From sequence record NC_048821.1: a stretch of 64,000 nucleotides of DNA; one strand, 5' to 3'. The notes beneath the pieces were generated by a model. It saw only the letters and a program-made list of their open reading frames with translations. It searched no databases and was not told the DNA's origin. Position 1 is the stretch's first letter. Each line of letters begins with the position of its first letter. This document shows, one piece after another, positions 56,153 through 64,000 of this stretch. The position numbers were made by a program, and so were the translations under genes.

Positions 56153-56932
56153 ATGAGTAAAAGAATTCAACAGATAAAGAATACCAGCTTACACCATTTA
56201 CACGGAATGATCGTTACCGCTAAAGGTAAGCCTTATCGTCAAAACAACATTACGTTTACCGTAAAGGGGAACAAACAAGTACGTTTAACTCGAGCTCAAT
56301 TTTGGTTAGAACATTTAACTAAGCTACGAGAAGGGTTTCCCATCCATTTAGTGGACCAAGCGGAAGAGTTTCATTTCAAAGAAGTCTTATTACCGACTTA
56401 CGAAGACTACGTGGTGTTCGCTCCTTACGTTACTAAGGTGATCAGTTGGGAGGGATTGAACTTATACATCTTACCAGGGTTCTTAGGGAACGCTGTGGCG
56501 GAAGATGGTAAGATCTACGAGCTATACGTGGATGAAAGAGCGAAGCAGTGGTATTGGGGTGAGATCTATCCTAATCAAAACCAATGTTACGATTTGATCA
56601 ACAGTATCGATGGAGATATGTTAGAAGTTAGCACGGATGACATCATCTATTTGTTGAAGTCGTCAGTCGTTACTGGGGATGATTTGAGTGACTACTACGC
56701 TAAGCGTGTAGTGAATCGTCGAGCTGAAGTAGCGTTAGAAGACGGTTGGGTGGATATCGATCCAAAAGACATTCAATCACCAGATCACGTAGCTGCGTTG
56801 AAACACGCTGAAAAAGACAACATGTTAGTCAGAATAGAAGTGAAACCTAAAACCGTCGGAGAGGCTTTCTTGCAAGCTTATCGCCGAGGTGGTTTCGAAG
56901 CACTTCCTTGGGAAGGTCGAATGGCCTCCTAA
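56153..56932 (+). CDS. Hypothetical, possibly a degenerate NUMOD4/HNH-derived DNA-binding protein
   Basis: ILPGFLGNAVAEDGKIYE resembles the NUMOD4 IPGY..Y.VS..G.V motif; no HNH catalytic residues seen. Confidence 0.4.
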   Translation: MSKRIQQIKNTSLHHLHGMIVTAKGKPYRQNNITFTVKGNKQVRLTRAQFWLEHLTKLREGFPIHLVDQAEEFHFKEVLLPTYEDYVVFAPYVTKVISWEGLNLYILPGFLGNAVAEDGKIYELYVDERAKQWYWGEIYPNQNQCYDLINSIDGDMLEVSTDDIIYLLKSSVVTGDDLSDYYAKRVVNRRAEVALEDGWVDIDPKDIQSPDHVAALKHAEKDNMLVRIEVKPKTVGEAFLQAYRRGGFEALPWEGRMAS

Positions 56933-56939
56933 CCTTACG

Positions 56940-56971
56940 CCCTACTTGCTTAACGGCAAGTAGGGTTATTT
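56940..56971 (+). terminator. Intrinsic terminator
   Basis: CCCTACTTGC-ttaacg-GCAAGTAGGG followed by TTATTT. Confidence 0.75.
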
Positions 56972-57005
56972 CTACAAACTCAATATAAATCATTAAGGAT
57001 TAATT

Positions 57006-58184
57006 ATGTCCATCGAGTTACCTATCGCTGAAGATCCAATCACAGCATTGACTTTTAAGAACATAGAAAAGTACTATAAGGAAAAGCGGAAGTTTACTGA
57101 TATCGCTAAAATTCAAAAGATTTGTCCCAACGCGATTACCAAACGTTTTGAAATCCAAGGGTTCGAAACCCCGGTGTACTACTTGAAAGAGTTACGTAAA
57201 GAGTTAGCTAAAACTTTAGTCACCGAAGGTGAGCTCTCATTGAGTGAGATAGCAAAAACCCTCGGTTACGATAAGACAATGAATTTCTACGTTTGGTACC
57301 AGTCTGTTTTTGGAGAACGTCCTACTAAAGTGCGAGCAAGAATGGGTCTTAAGTCTAAGACTCCGTGTCTAGGTGTGATCGACGCTATCGCTGAATCTAT
57401 TGCCTCAAAGATCGATCTCAACCCTAACCTTTACAAAAACGCCACTGAGCTCATGGAAGGTCACGAATATAGTGTCGTTTACATTAAGCGCACATTTATC
57501 AAAATGTACGGTAAGACACCTCGAGCTTATTTATTGGACCGACAACTAGAGTACGTTGCAGGCCAAATAAAGAATCACGGTTATAAGGAAAGTCGTTTAA
57601 TGGAAATGACCATGCATAACGCACCTACCGGACTCAATAAGGCTTTCAAAGCTAAGTACGGTATGACGACCAGTGATTACGGTGAATCTTTGTCGATCGG
57701 CACGTGGGCTAAAGTTCATGGTGAAAACGTGTGGGTGATGCCCTCACTTATGGATGAGATCTTGGACAACGTTACTGAGAACTTACTTGACGACCGCTTT
57801 AACCTTTACCAACTAAGAGACTTCTACGGCCTCAACTCACATTCTTGGGAACGAATGTTTAAGCTCTACACAGGCATGCTTCCAAGTAAGGCGCGTCAGT
57901 GTATTCGTTTAGAGTTAATCGTTTACTTCCTGCAAAACACCCGCTGGAAGTTCGCAAAGATCTTGAGAAAGGTTGGTTCTGATTATGAGTATGACGTCAG
58001 ACGACAAATGAAAGAATGTTACGGGTTGACTCCGGTTGAGATCCGTAAACTAAAAGGTCCACTTACCCGCTTTCATAATACGGAACAATTCGTTCGTTTT
58101 GTTAAATCCAACGCCGACCAATGTATCGAAGACGATAAGATTCGCTTAGAGAAAATCAAGGAAATTGAATTATGTACCCCGTAG
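57006..58184 (+). CDS. Protein of three tandem AraC/XylS DNA-binding domains, no effector domain
   Basis: Three HTH-HTH units, e.g. LSEIAKTLGYDKTMNFY..FG.RP, F.K.YG.TP..Y, F..YTG..P..R..RL. Confidence 0.85.
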   Translation: MSIELPIAEDPITALTFKNIEKYYKEKRKFTDIAKIQKICPNAITKRFEIQGFETPVYYLKELRKELAKTLVTEGELSLSEIAKTLGYDKTMNFYVWYQSVFGERPTKVRARMGLKSKTPCLGVIDAIAESIASKIDLNPNLYKNATELMEGHEYSVVYIKRTFIKMYGKTPRAYLLDRQLEYVAGQIKNHGYKESRLMEMTMHNAPTGLNKAFKAKYGMTTSDYGESLSIGTWAKVHGENVWVMPSLMDEILDNVTENLLDDRFNLYQLRDFYGLNSHSWERMFKLYTGMLPSKARQCIRLELIVYFLQNTRWKFAKILRKVGSDYEYDVRRQMKECYGLTPVEIRKLKGPLTRFHNTEQFVRFVKSNADQCIEDDKIRLEKIKEIELCTP

Positions 58185-58897
58185 ATAAAGAATCCAGAAC
58201 TCGTTTAATGGATGATTTGGACAAATGGATAAGTGAACACTACCTAGAAAAAGTCACCGTCAAAGACTTAAGTCATCAACTAGGCGTGTACATTCCAGAT
58301 GTCTACCGTTTGTTTGCCGAGCAACGTAATACTACTCCTGGTGAATACCTTCGACGCAAACGCTTAGTCAAAGCCAAGTCTTTATTGGAGTCAGGAGTCA
58401 GACCAACGTTAGCCGGAGCCCACGTTGGTTATTCTCACTTTCAATCTTTCATCAAAGAGTACAAAGCTTTCTTTAAACGCCATCCTCGTGAGGATTATGT
58501 GGATTCCCTCGAGGTCCCGACTATGGATTCTTATTCTAAAGAAACTATGGACCGATATTATCCTAGTGAGTTGCGTGAGAAGATATTGGATCATTTGATT
58601 AAAAACATCAAAGTTAATTTTAATTACGCTGATGTAGAAAAGAAGTTTGGTTTACCAGATCGTAGCTTAAGCGAAATGTTTGAACACTATTACGGTAAAC
58701 CCTATCGTGAATGGAGAAAGGATACTAGGATGAAATTAGCTAAGGACTTGCTCCACAAAAATCCAAGTATTAAGATTGCTGACTTGGCGACTACTGTAGG
58801 TTCTTGTAGTGCGACCTATTTACGGAAGCAATACCAAGAAGTCTACGGAGTTAATATCGTTGAACTCCGGGAAACTTTGAGAGGCGCGTGTGTCTGA
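58172..58897 (+). CDS. Protein of two tandem AraC/XylS DNA-binding domains
   Basis: VTVKDLS..LG...LF....TTPGEYLRRKRL..AKSLL..VGY...SF; second unit RM..AKDLL..I.DLA..VG. Confidence 0.88.
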   Translation: MYPVDKESRTRLMDDLDKWISEHYLEKVTVKDLSHQLGVYIPDVYRLFAEQRNTTPGEYLRRKRLVKAKSLLESGVRPTLAGAHVGYSHFQSFIKEYKAFFKRHPREDYVDSLEVPTMDSYSKETMDRYYPSELREKILDHLIKNIKVNFNYADVEKKFGLPDRSLSEMFEHYYGKPYREWRKDTRMKLAKDLLHKNPSIKIADLATTVGSCSATYLRKQYQEVYGVNIVELRETLRGACV

Positions 58898-59591
58898 TAA
58901 GAAATCCAGAGAGCTCAAGAAACTCAAAAATGCGGCTAAGAAATATTGTCTGGAGCCTAATGCCTCGGAATTAGTTTTAAAGAAAACGAGGATGACTCCC
59001 TCTAAAGTCATTAAAATATTCCGTGATACAGGGGAGGGGAGTTTGTATGATTACATTACCCATTTAAAAATGTTAGAGGCGAAGAAACTCTTAGATGACA
59101 CAGATCTTAACCTAACCTCTATTTCTAGAGCAATTGGGTATGCTAATCATAAATCGTTGAGAGAAAACTTCATCAAACAATTTGGTATGTATCCCTTGAA
59201 TTACCGCAACCGACCGAAGACCAACGACCTGGCTTGGGATTTGTTTAAAACTCATCCCAAGTTAACGGTACACCGTCAGACGTTTTTGCTAGATCATATC
59301 AAGAAACATTACAAAAGTTCTGATTTAAGCATCCAGACTCTATCGGACCGATTCCGTTTAACCCACCAAGAAATAGAACTGATTATCAAACACCATTATA
59401 GATTGGGATTGAAACAACTCTTATTAGACTTGCGTTTAAATCAAGCACATACCAAACTGCCTAATTACTATAAGCCATTGCGTCAACTCGCTGAGGAGTT
59501 AGGCTTCCTTGACTTTAGTTATTTCGTAGCGAAGTTCGAAGGGAAATATGGAATGGGACCTAAACGTTATCAACAACACGCACGTCTTTAA
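58890..59591 (+). CDS. Protein of two tandem AraC/XylS DNA-binding domains
   Basis: KM.EAKKLLDDTDL.LTSIS.AIGY...F.KQFG.YP..YR; LAEELGF.D.SYF..KF..KYG.GP..Y. Confidence 0.88.
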   Translation: MSDKKSRELKKLKNAAKKYCLEPNASELVLKKTRMTPSKVIKIFRDTGEGSLYDYITHLKMLEAKKLLDDTDLNLTSISRAIGYANHKSLRENFIKQFGMYPLNYRNRPKTNDLAWDLFKTHPKLTVHRQTFLLDHIKKHYKSSDLSIQTLSDRFRLTHQEIELIIKHHYRLGLKQLLLDLRLNQAHTKLPNYYKPLRQLAEELGFLDFSYFVAKFEGKYGMGPKRYQQHARL

Positions 59592-59620
59592 ATTAATCTT
59601 TAACTCAGTGTACATTGTAT

Positions 59621-60189
59621 GTGAGCGGTACAAGATTAGGTTTAGCTAGACTAGCGTGTCCGAAAAGAAAAGGTGTATACCGCGAGTCCGACCTAGGAAG
59701 TTATTCCTTCATTACAACCGCTCACAGCTTACTCATATCGTGTTACGAGTATAAAGCGCAGATCGCCACCCCCATGGCGATCACTATTTTCAGTCCAGAA
59801 TGACGACCTGTATCCCTTGTCATCGATGTTAGTTACTTGTTCTGGACTGAACCCTATTTGATCTAATGCCTCCAAATGGTTTTCTCCCTGTGTTACACAG
59901 CCATCACCATTAGGTCAAATAACTAAACGGAAGCCGAGCCTTCTGTTTGTTGGACCGAGTTGCCTTTAACTCCTCGGTCCCCAGCGGTAAACCCCTTGAC
60001 CGCTATAAAAAAAGGAGAGCGTTTTCTGCCAGCTCCAACGCTCCAATAAAGGGATGCTACGCCGAGGCTAGCCGGCTGGGTTTTCGACCGCAAAAGACAA
60101 ATGTCTTTGAGAATCCAGTTCGGGTACTTTCAGCGAGGTACTGTGAAACACTGCTTTGACCATCCCGAAGCCCGGGATGGTACTTTTTT
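59621..60189 (+). ncRNA. Candidate large structured ncRNA (~570 nt), family not recognised
   Basis: At least nine stems with G-U pairs favouring the plus strand, a TATG late-promoter-like start and a terminator at the end; no credible ORF. Confidence 0.6.
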
Positions 60190-60192
60190 GCA
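60159..60192 (+). terminator. Intrinsic terminator upstream of phuZ
   Basis: ACCATCCCG-aagcc-CGGGATGGT followed by ACTTTTTTGCA. Confidence 0.85.
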
Positions 60193-60229
60193 TTTTAAAT
60201 ATTTTAGCTAAACTTTAAAGGAGTTTATT

Positions 60230-61195
60230 ATGTCTACATTACGTGCATGGTGTGTTGGTGGTGCGGGTATCAACATTGGTTCGGCATGGAACAAATCACT
60301 AAGAAATCTACCTTTAGCAAAAGTGGATTTCATTGGTCTAGATACGTCCATGAATAACCGTCCGGATGATGACGCCTTCACTGTCGAATCACCAGCAAAC
60401 ACCCGAGGTGGTGGTAAGAAGCGTACACTTAATCGTGACCTTATCCCAGACTTCGTAAAACAGATGCTTATCAAACACCGTCCAGGTGACTTCAACGTAG
60501 TCATCTACAGTGGTGCAGGTGCGTCAGGTTCTACGATTGGTCCTTACTTGGTTCGTGCGCTTATGGAAGCCGGTGTTCCAGTGGTTTCTTTCTTAGTTTT
60601 GGATCAAACTACAGACATCGAGTTTGAAAACACACTCGCAACCCTTCGCTCTCTGGATGGTCAACGTAAGTATTTCAACCAACCAGTCGTTCTAGATGTA
60701 TTAGAGAACAATGAGCGAATGAATCGTGGTCAGATGAACGAACTCGCGGTAGAGCGATTAAACCTACTCAGCTTGTTCTTAACCGATGTTCATGAGGAAT
60801 CCGACTACGAAGATGTTCGTCACTTACTGAACTACTCTAGTGCGATCGATATTCCACCTGCACTAACTCGTATTGAGTACTATGATGGTCAAACCATCGA
60901 CCAACGTCAAGGTGTTGCAGTAGCGAGTTTCTCTCTTTACTCTCACCGTAACGATATCCGTTCTGTACAGATTGGTAAGAGTTACCGTGTGACAGGTGTT
61001 ATGCACCCAGACACAATCACCCCTAACAAAACAGGTGAGTTACACATGATGTTAGAGTACGATAGTGTGACCGACCAACTTATCGAAGACCTACAGCGTT
61101 CTGAGCAACAAGCAGCAGAGCGTCAAGCACAGTTTCACAAGACCCGTGCTAAAGACCTCACAGAAGACGCTGATGGCGATTCAATGTGCTGGTAA
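60230..61195 (+). CDS. phuZ: PhuZ phage tubulin
   Basis: GGAGINIG (T1), IDTS-like LDTS, GGGKKR, SGAGASGS (T4 variant), acidic C-tail ending DGDSMCW; 321 aa. Confidence 0.92.
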   Translation: MSTLRAWCVGGAGINIGSAWNKSLRNLPLAKVDFIGLDTSMNNRPDDDAFTVESPANTRGGGKKRTLNRDLIPDFVKQMLIKHRPGDFNVVIYSGAGASGSTIGPYLVRALMEAGVPVVSFLVLDQTTDIEFENTLATLRSLDGQRKYFNQPVVLDVLENNERMNRGQMNELAVERLNLLSLFLTDVHEESDYEDVRHLLNYSSAIDIPPALTRIEYYDGQTIDQRQGVAVASFSLYSHRNDIRSVQIGKSYRVTGVMHPDTITPNKTGELHMMLEYDSVTDQLIEDLQRSEQQAAERQAQFHKTRAKDLTEDADGDSMCW

Positions 61196-61216
61196 TACCT
61201 AAGTAAGTCTTAACTG

Positions 61217-61243
61217 CGTATGGCATCTTCTAGGTGCCATACG
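61217..61243 (+). terminator. Intrinsic terminator after phuZ
   Basis: CGTATGGCATC-ttcta-GGTGCCATACG followed by an AT/T-rich tract. Confidence 0.7.
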
Positions 61244-61288
61244 TTTAATATTTATTATTTTTTAGTTTTATTAAAAACGGGAAGATAA

Positions 61289-61582
61289 ATGAGTAAAACT
61301 TGTATTCGAGTCATTTCCGTGACTCTTAACGAATTTACAGAGTTCATGAAAGACGAACAATCCGTTTTTAATGGAATTGCACTCGTCCAAGAAACTTTAA
61401 CTGATTTGGGATACCATGTCACAAATCGTCACTTAATAACTGGGGATGAAGCCTCGCTTTACCCAGTCAAACTTTTCATTAAAACCGCACTAGAGGGACA
61501 GACCAATGGAATACCTACTAACGTCAACGTTATGGTAAGACCGGCAAGTCCTGGGTGCTACGCTGTTATGTTTTTCAAATAA
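61289..61582 (+). CDS. Hypothetical protein
   Basis: 97-aa ORF with RBS GGGAAG. Confidence 0.65.
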   Translation: MSKTCIRVISVTLNEFTEFMKDEQSVFNGIALVQETLTDLGYHVTNRHLITGDEASLYPVKLFIKTALEGQTNGIPTNVNVMVRPASPGCYAVMFFK

Positions 61583-61591
61583 GGGGTTATT

Positions 61592-62080
61592 ATGTACGTT
61601 ATCAACACGGGTCAGATTATGCGAGATCTACTCACGTTCGATAAGTTAGATTTTGATGAATTCTTAATCCATGGTTATGTTCATGCCCTGGTGGAAGACG
61701 TGATTCGAGTTTTTAACTCTAAAGACTTCGACCAAGCTTACGATCGCATCGGACACCTAACTACATTGTTAGGTAATAACCCGGCGGTGGAAACCATTTA
61801 TATGGACCAGCTTGAAAATCTACGCAAGTATGTTCGTCAGGCTGGATGGGACCCACGTGTCCATATTAAGATTTGTGAAGATAAAAGCATAAAAGATCGA
61901 AGTGGGATTATTCAACAGATCTTACTTATCATGGACCTGGATGCCACATTCGAATCAATGTTAGTCGAAACAGATTCAACTACTTCTTTAGGAGAACTTG
62001 TCAGTGATAACCCTAGCCAGGACGATCTCGCAAAAGTTATCGAAGATGAAATTGCTAGCTCTGAGTCTGGAGCAAGTTAA
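61592..62080 (+). CDS. Hypothetical protein (phiKZ-like core-block position)
   Basis: RBS AAGGGG; acidic 162-aa ORF. Confidence 0.65.
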   Translation: MYVINTGQIMRDLLTFDKLDFDEFLIHGYVHALVEDVIRVFNSKDFDQAYDRIGHLTTLLGNNPAVETIYMDQLENLRKYVRQAGWDPRVHIKICEDKSIKDRSGIIQQILLIMDLDATFESMLVETDSTTSLGELVSDNPSQDDLAKVIEDEIASSESGAS

Positions 62081-62582
62081 AGCTTTAACCTGGGAGTTGA
62101 TGTACGAGAATGACCTCAGACCCATACCTTTAGAGAAAACTGCTGATGTTCACGCAGGTTTGTTGTACATGGGGATTAAGCTGGTGTGTGACCACCCAAA
62201 GTTCAAACTGGGCCCCGCTCCCTCCGAACCAATTAAATACGAACCCTTGTATTTTTACGACAAAGCGGCTGAACGAGAAGACTTTGAAATAGTAACACTG
62301 TATCCGGAATACGACATCTCTTTTTTGAATCGTTATTATTCCGCCAGAGTGTTAGATGAAATTACATCGGAAATACAATTCGGTGTCTTACAACTGTTGT
62401 ACAGCGTGACCCCGAATACTTATTTTGACCATATCGTTACAGTAACTGTACCGAATACTGAATTTATGGTCATCACTGTACACGAAGACGACTTAGAGGA
62501 AAGCGATGCTGACGATATATCAGATGCAACCGATGGCGGACTTCATTCAGAGACGATGTTTGACGGATTTCACCACAGTTAG
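61998..62582 (+). CDS. Hypothetical protein (start uncertain, possibly 62046)
   Basis: ORF in a tight gene array. Confidence 0.55.
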   Translation: MSVITLARTISQKLSKMKLLALSLEQVKALTWELMYENDLRPIPLEKTADVHAGLLYMGIKLVCDHPKFKLGPAPSEPIKYEPLYFYDKAAEREDFEIVTLYPEYDISFLNRYYSARVLDEITSEIQFGVLQLLYSVTPNTYFDHIVTVTVPNTEFMVITVHEDDLEESDADDISDATDGGLHSETMFDGFHHS

Positions 62583-62889
62583 TCAAGCGGACCTATTGCA
62601 TATCTTTTTCTATACAGCTTATGAAAATGTCGTGAGTTGGGGAAGAGAACAAGCGGTCCAACAAGCACAGTCCGGCATGTTAAGTAACGTACTCCGTGAA
62701 CTTATCCATGGGGATTGTGTGAACGATTTCCCATGGATCCTAGCGGACATGGAATTAAGTGCTATCGGTACAAATATGGTAGAGGATATTGATGACATGT
62801 TGCAATTACATGAACTCACCGCCTACAATCCTCTACCTAACGTAGAAAAACCAAATTCAATGATGTTGGAGCTCACTCATGAATGCTAA
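62506..62889 (+). CDS. Hypothetical protein (start uncertain)
   Basis: ORF in a tight gene array. Confidence 0.55.
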   Translation: MLTIYQMQPMADFIQRRCLTDFTTVSQADLLHIFFYTAYENVVSWGREQAVQQAQSGMLSNVLRELIHGDCVNDFPWILADMELSAIGTNMVEDIDDMLQLHELTAYNPLPNVEKPNSMMLELTHEC

Positions 62890-63205
62890 CACTATTAACC
62901 ACTCTTTCACCATCCCACCTGCGACGGACATCGAAGCCTTGATGACTTTCGTTGGGGGACTGCTAAATGCTCACCAAGTCCCAAACGGTATTCAAACTTT
63001 ACAGACTGTTGAGTTAGATCACCCTATCGAAGAGTCTAAGAAACAATTGATGCAAGAAGCGTATCGTCTTAACGAACTGATTAGTGGTTTGAAGTCACAA
63101 TACAGTTCCGTAGAAGTGACTGACGCGAAAATGGCGGGGTTAAACGTCATGATCGTGTTTAAAGTCTCAGGGGACCGATCTAATGAATTTATTTCTATTA
63201 GCTGA
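62879..63205 (+). CDS. Hypothetical protein
   Basis: RBS GGAG; overlaps both neighbours. Confidence 0.65.
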   Translation: MNANTINHSFTIPPATDIEALMTFVGGLLNAHQVPNGIQTLQTVELDHPIEESKKQLMQEAYRLNELISGLKSQYSSVEVTDAKMAGLNVMIVFKVSGDRSNEFISIS

Positions 63206-63509
63206 TATCGACTACCCATTAATGGCTCGTTACGTTAATTCGTTATACGACCCAGATGCATGGGTGTTAAGTTCCGACATGCTAGGAACACACCTGAATG
63301 ATCACTTCTATCACCTGAATGGGACCGAAGACCCAGACCCTACTCTCACCCAATTCATTTTCCCTGACGAAACTTTGTACAATTCTTTCGTCCCGGTTAT
63401 GAAAGATCACACCGCGGCAGTATTGGATATCGATGAAGGTATTTCTTGTTCTTGTCCCATGATCATGTTAGTGAGTCGTGCGTATTATGATCATTTCTAT
63501 AGGCAATAA
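63183..63509 (+). CDS. Hypothetical protein
   Basis: ORF in a tight gene array. Confidence 0.6.
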   Translation: MNLFLLADIDYPLMARYVNSLYDPDAWVLSSDMLGTHLNDHFYHLNGTEDPDPTLTQFIFPDETLYNSFVPVMKDHTAAVLDIDEGISCSCPMIMLVSRAYYDHFYRQ

Positions 63510-63538
63510 CTGCCTAACCAGACTATAGGAGTTCAAAC

Positions 63539-63946
63539 GTGATCTACAACATAGGTGATGAAGATCGCATTAGTTTCCGTATCGTTGAATCTGGTTTGAT
63601 GAACAGTTCTTTCGAAGGTGTAACCTACCAAGGCACAGTGTCTTATGCCGTGGCTTTGCAGTTAACCAAAGACATCAACATCAAACACCAGAATCTACGT
63701 GCGTACTTTAAAGGCGACTACCCTAATGCCATCAACCCTTCTGACTATAAGTACCTTCTGGTCAAACACCTTAATGGTAAAGTCGAAGCCATTGGCGAAC
63801 CTTGGATAGTTAAGAACTCACTCAAAGTAGTGAACGTTCAATCCAAGGTCATTACTATCTCTAACTGGTCTGCATGGTTTAATGACCCTATCGAAGATCT
63901 ATTAACTTCTTTAGGTGCAACTTACACCATCAGTGATAAAGAGTAA
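63539..63946 (+). CDS. Hypothetical protein (phiKZ-like conserved small beta protein)
   Basis: GTG start with RBS AGGAG; followed by a terminator. Confidence 0.7.
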   Translation: MIYNIGDEDRISFRIVESGLMNSSFEGVTYQGTVSYAVALQLTKDINIKHQNLRAYFKGDYPNAINPSDYKYLLVKHLNGKVEAIGEPWIVKNSLKVVNVQSKVITISNWSAWFNDPIEDLLTSLGATYTISDKE

Positions 63947-63951
63947 TCTCC

Positions 63952-63978
63952 CTACCCTACCCTCTATGGGTAGGGTAG
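63952..63978 (+). terminator. Intrinsic terminator
   Basis: CTACCCTACCC-tctat-GGGTAGGGTAG followed by a T-rich tract. Confidence 0.75.
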
Positions 63979-64000
63979 TTTCTACCTTCTTATTTTTTTT

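Noticed and set aside
59620-59726. lac-operator-like TGTGAGCGG...CCGCTCACA
   Set aside because: The halves are about 90 nt apart and are better explained as an RNA stem; probably coincidental.
59984-59996. RNase P RNA, because GCGGTAAACCCCT resembles a conserved RNase P segment
   Set aside because: No GAGGAAAGUCC (CR-I) or CR-V motif is present, and the segment forms a local hairpin.
59615-60159. Short ORFs 59615..59803 and 59947..60159
   Set aside because: No RBS, atypical composition, and they overlap dense RNA structure.
59592-60229. tmRNA, group I/II intron, c-di-GMP riboswitch or hammerhead ribozyme identity for the structured region
   Set aside because: No tRNA-like ends with CCA or tag frame, no P7 or domain V motif, only a partial GCAAA match, and no CUGAUGA core.
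1-64000. tRNA or rRNA genes
   Set aside because: No cloverleaf with T-loop GTTCRA plus D-loop and acceptor stem was found by eye in the intergenic regions; tRNAscan-SE would confirm.

Overview
This is a 64-kb segment of a phiKZ-like (Chimalliviridae-type) jumbo myovirus genome. The assignment rests on a phiKZ gp29-like tail sheath, the adjacent tube gene, a phiKZ-type terminase large subunit and a PhuZ tubulin; a Vibrio-like host is only a guess. From left to right: (1) 1-11 kb is an early accessory region with membrane and secreted proteins, an HD hydrolase, thyA, two tandem gene pairs each carrying a proteasome-beta/HslV-like Thr hydrolase, and two Cys-His-Asp papain/transglutaminase-like paralogues flanking a Nudix hydrolase. 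(2) 11-44 kb is a late structural block: tube and sheath on the minus strand, then gp28/gp27/gp26-position genes, about 23 kb of Ig-like repeats in three proteins, and terL interrupted by a class-3-type intein that starts with Glu. (3) 44-47 kb holds tmk and two minus-strand genes. (4) 47.5-59.6 kb holds early hypothetical paralogue families, a free-standing HNH endonuclease, structured and G-rich intergenic elements, and three effector-less multi-AraC proteins. (5) A roughly 570-nt highly base-paired candidate ncRNA precedes phuZ, which is followed by small genes. Strongest leads: an Ig domain split exactly between the C-terminus of the gp26-like anchor and the N-termini of two different giant Ig-repeat proteins, suggesting strand-complementation docking of alternative fibres; the large ncRNA candidate next to the AraC array; and the duplicated proteasome-like modules. 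All homology calls come from motif recognition and memory; no database search was run.
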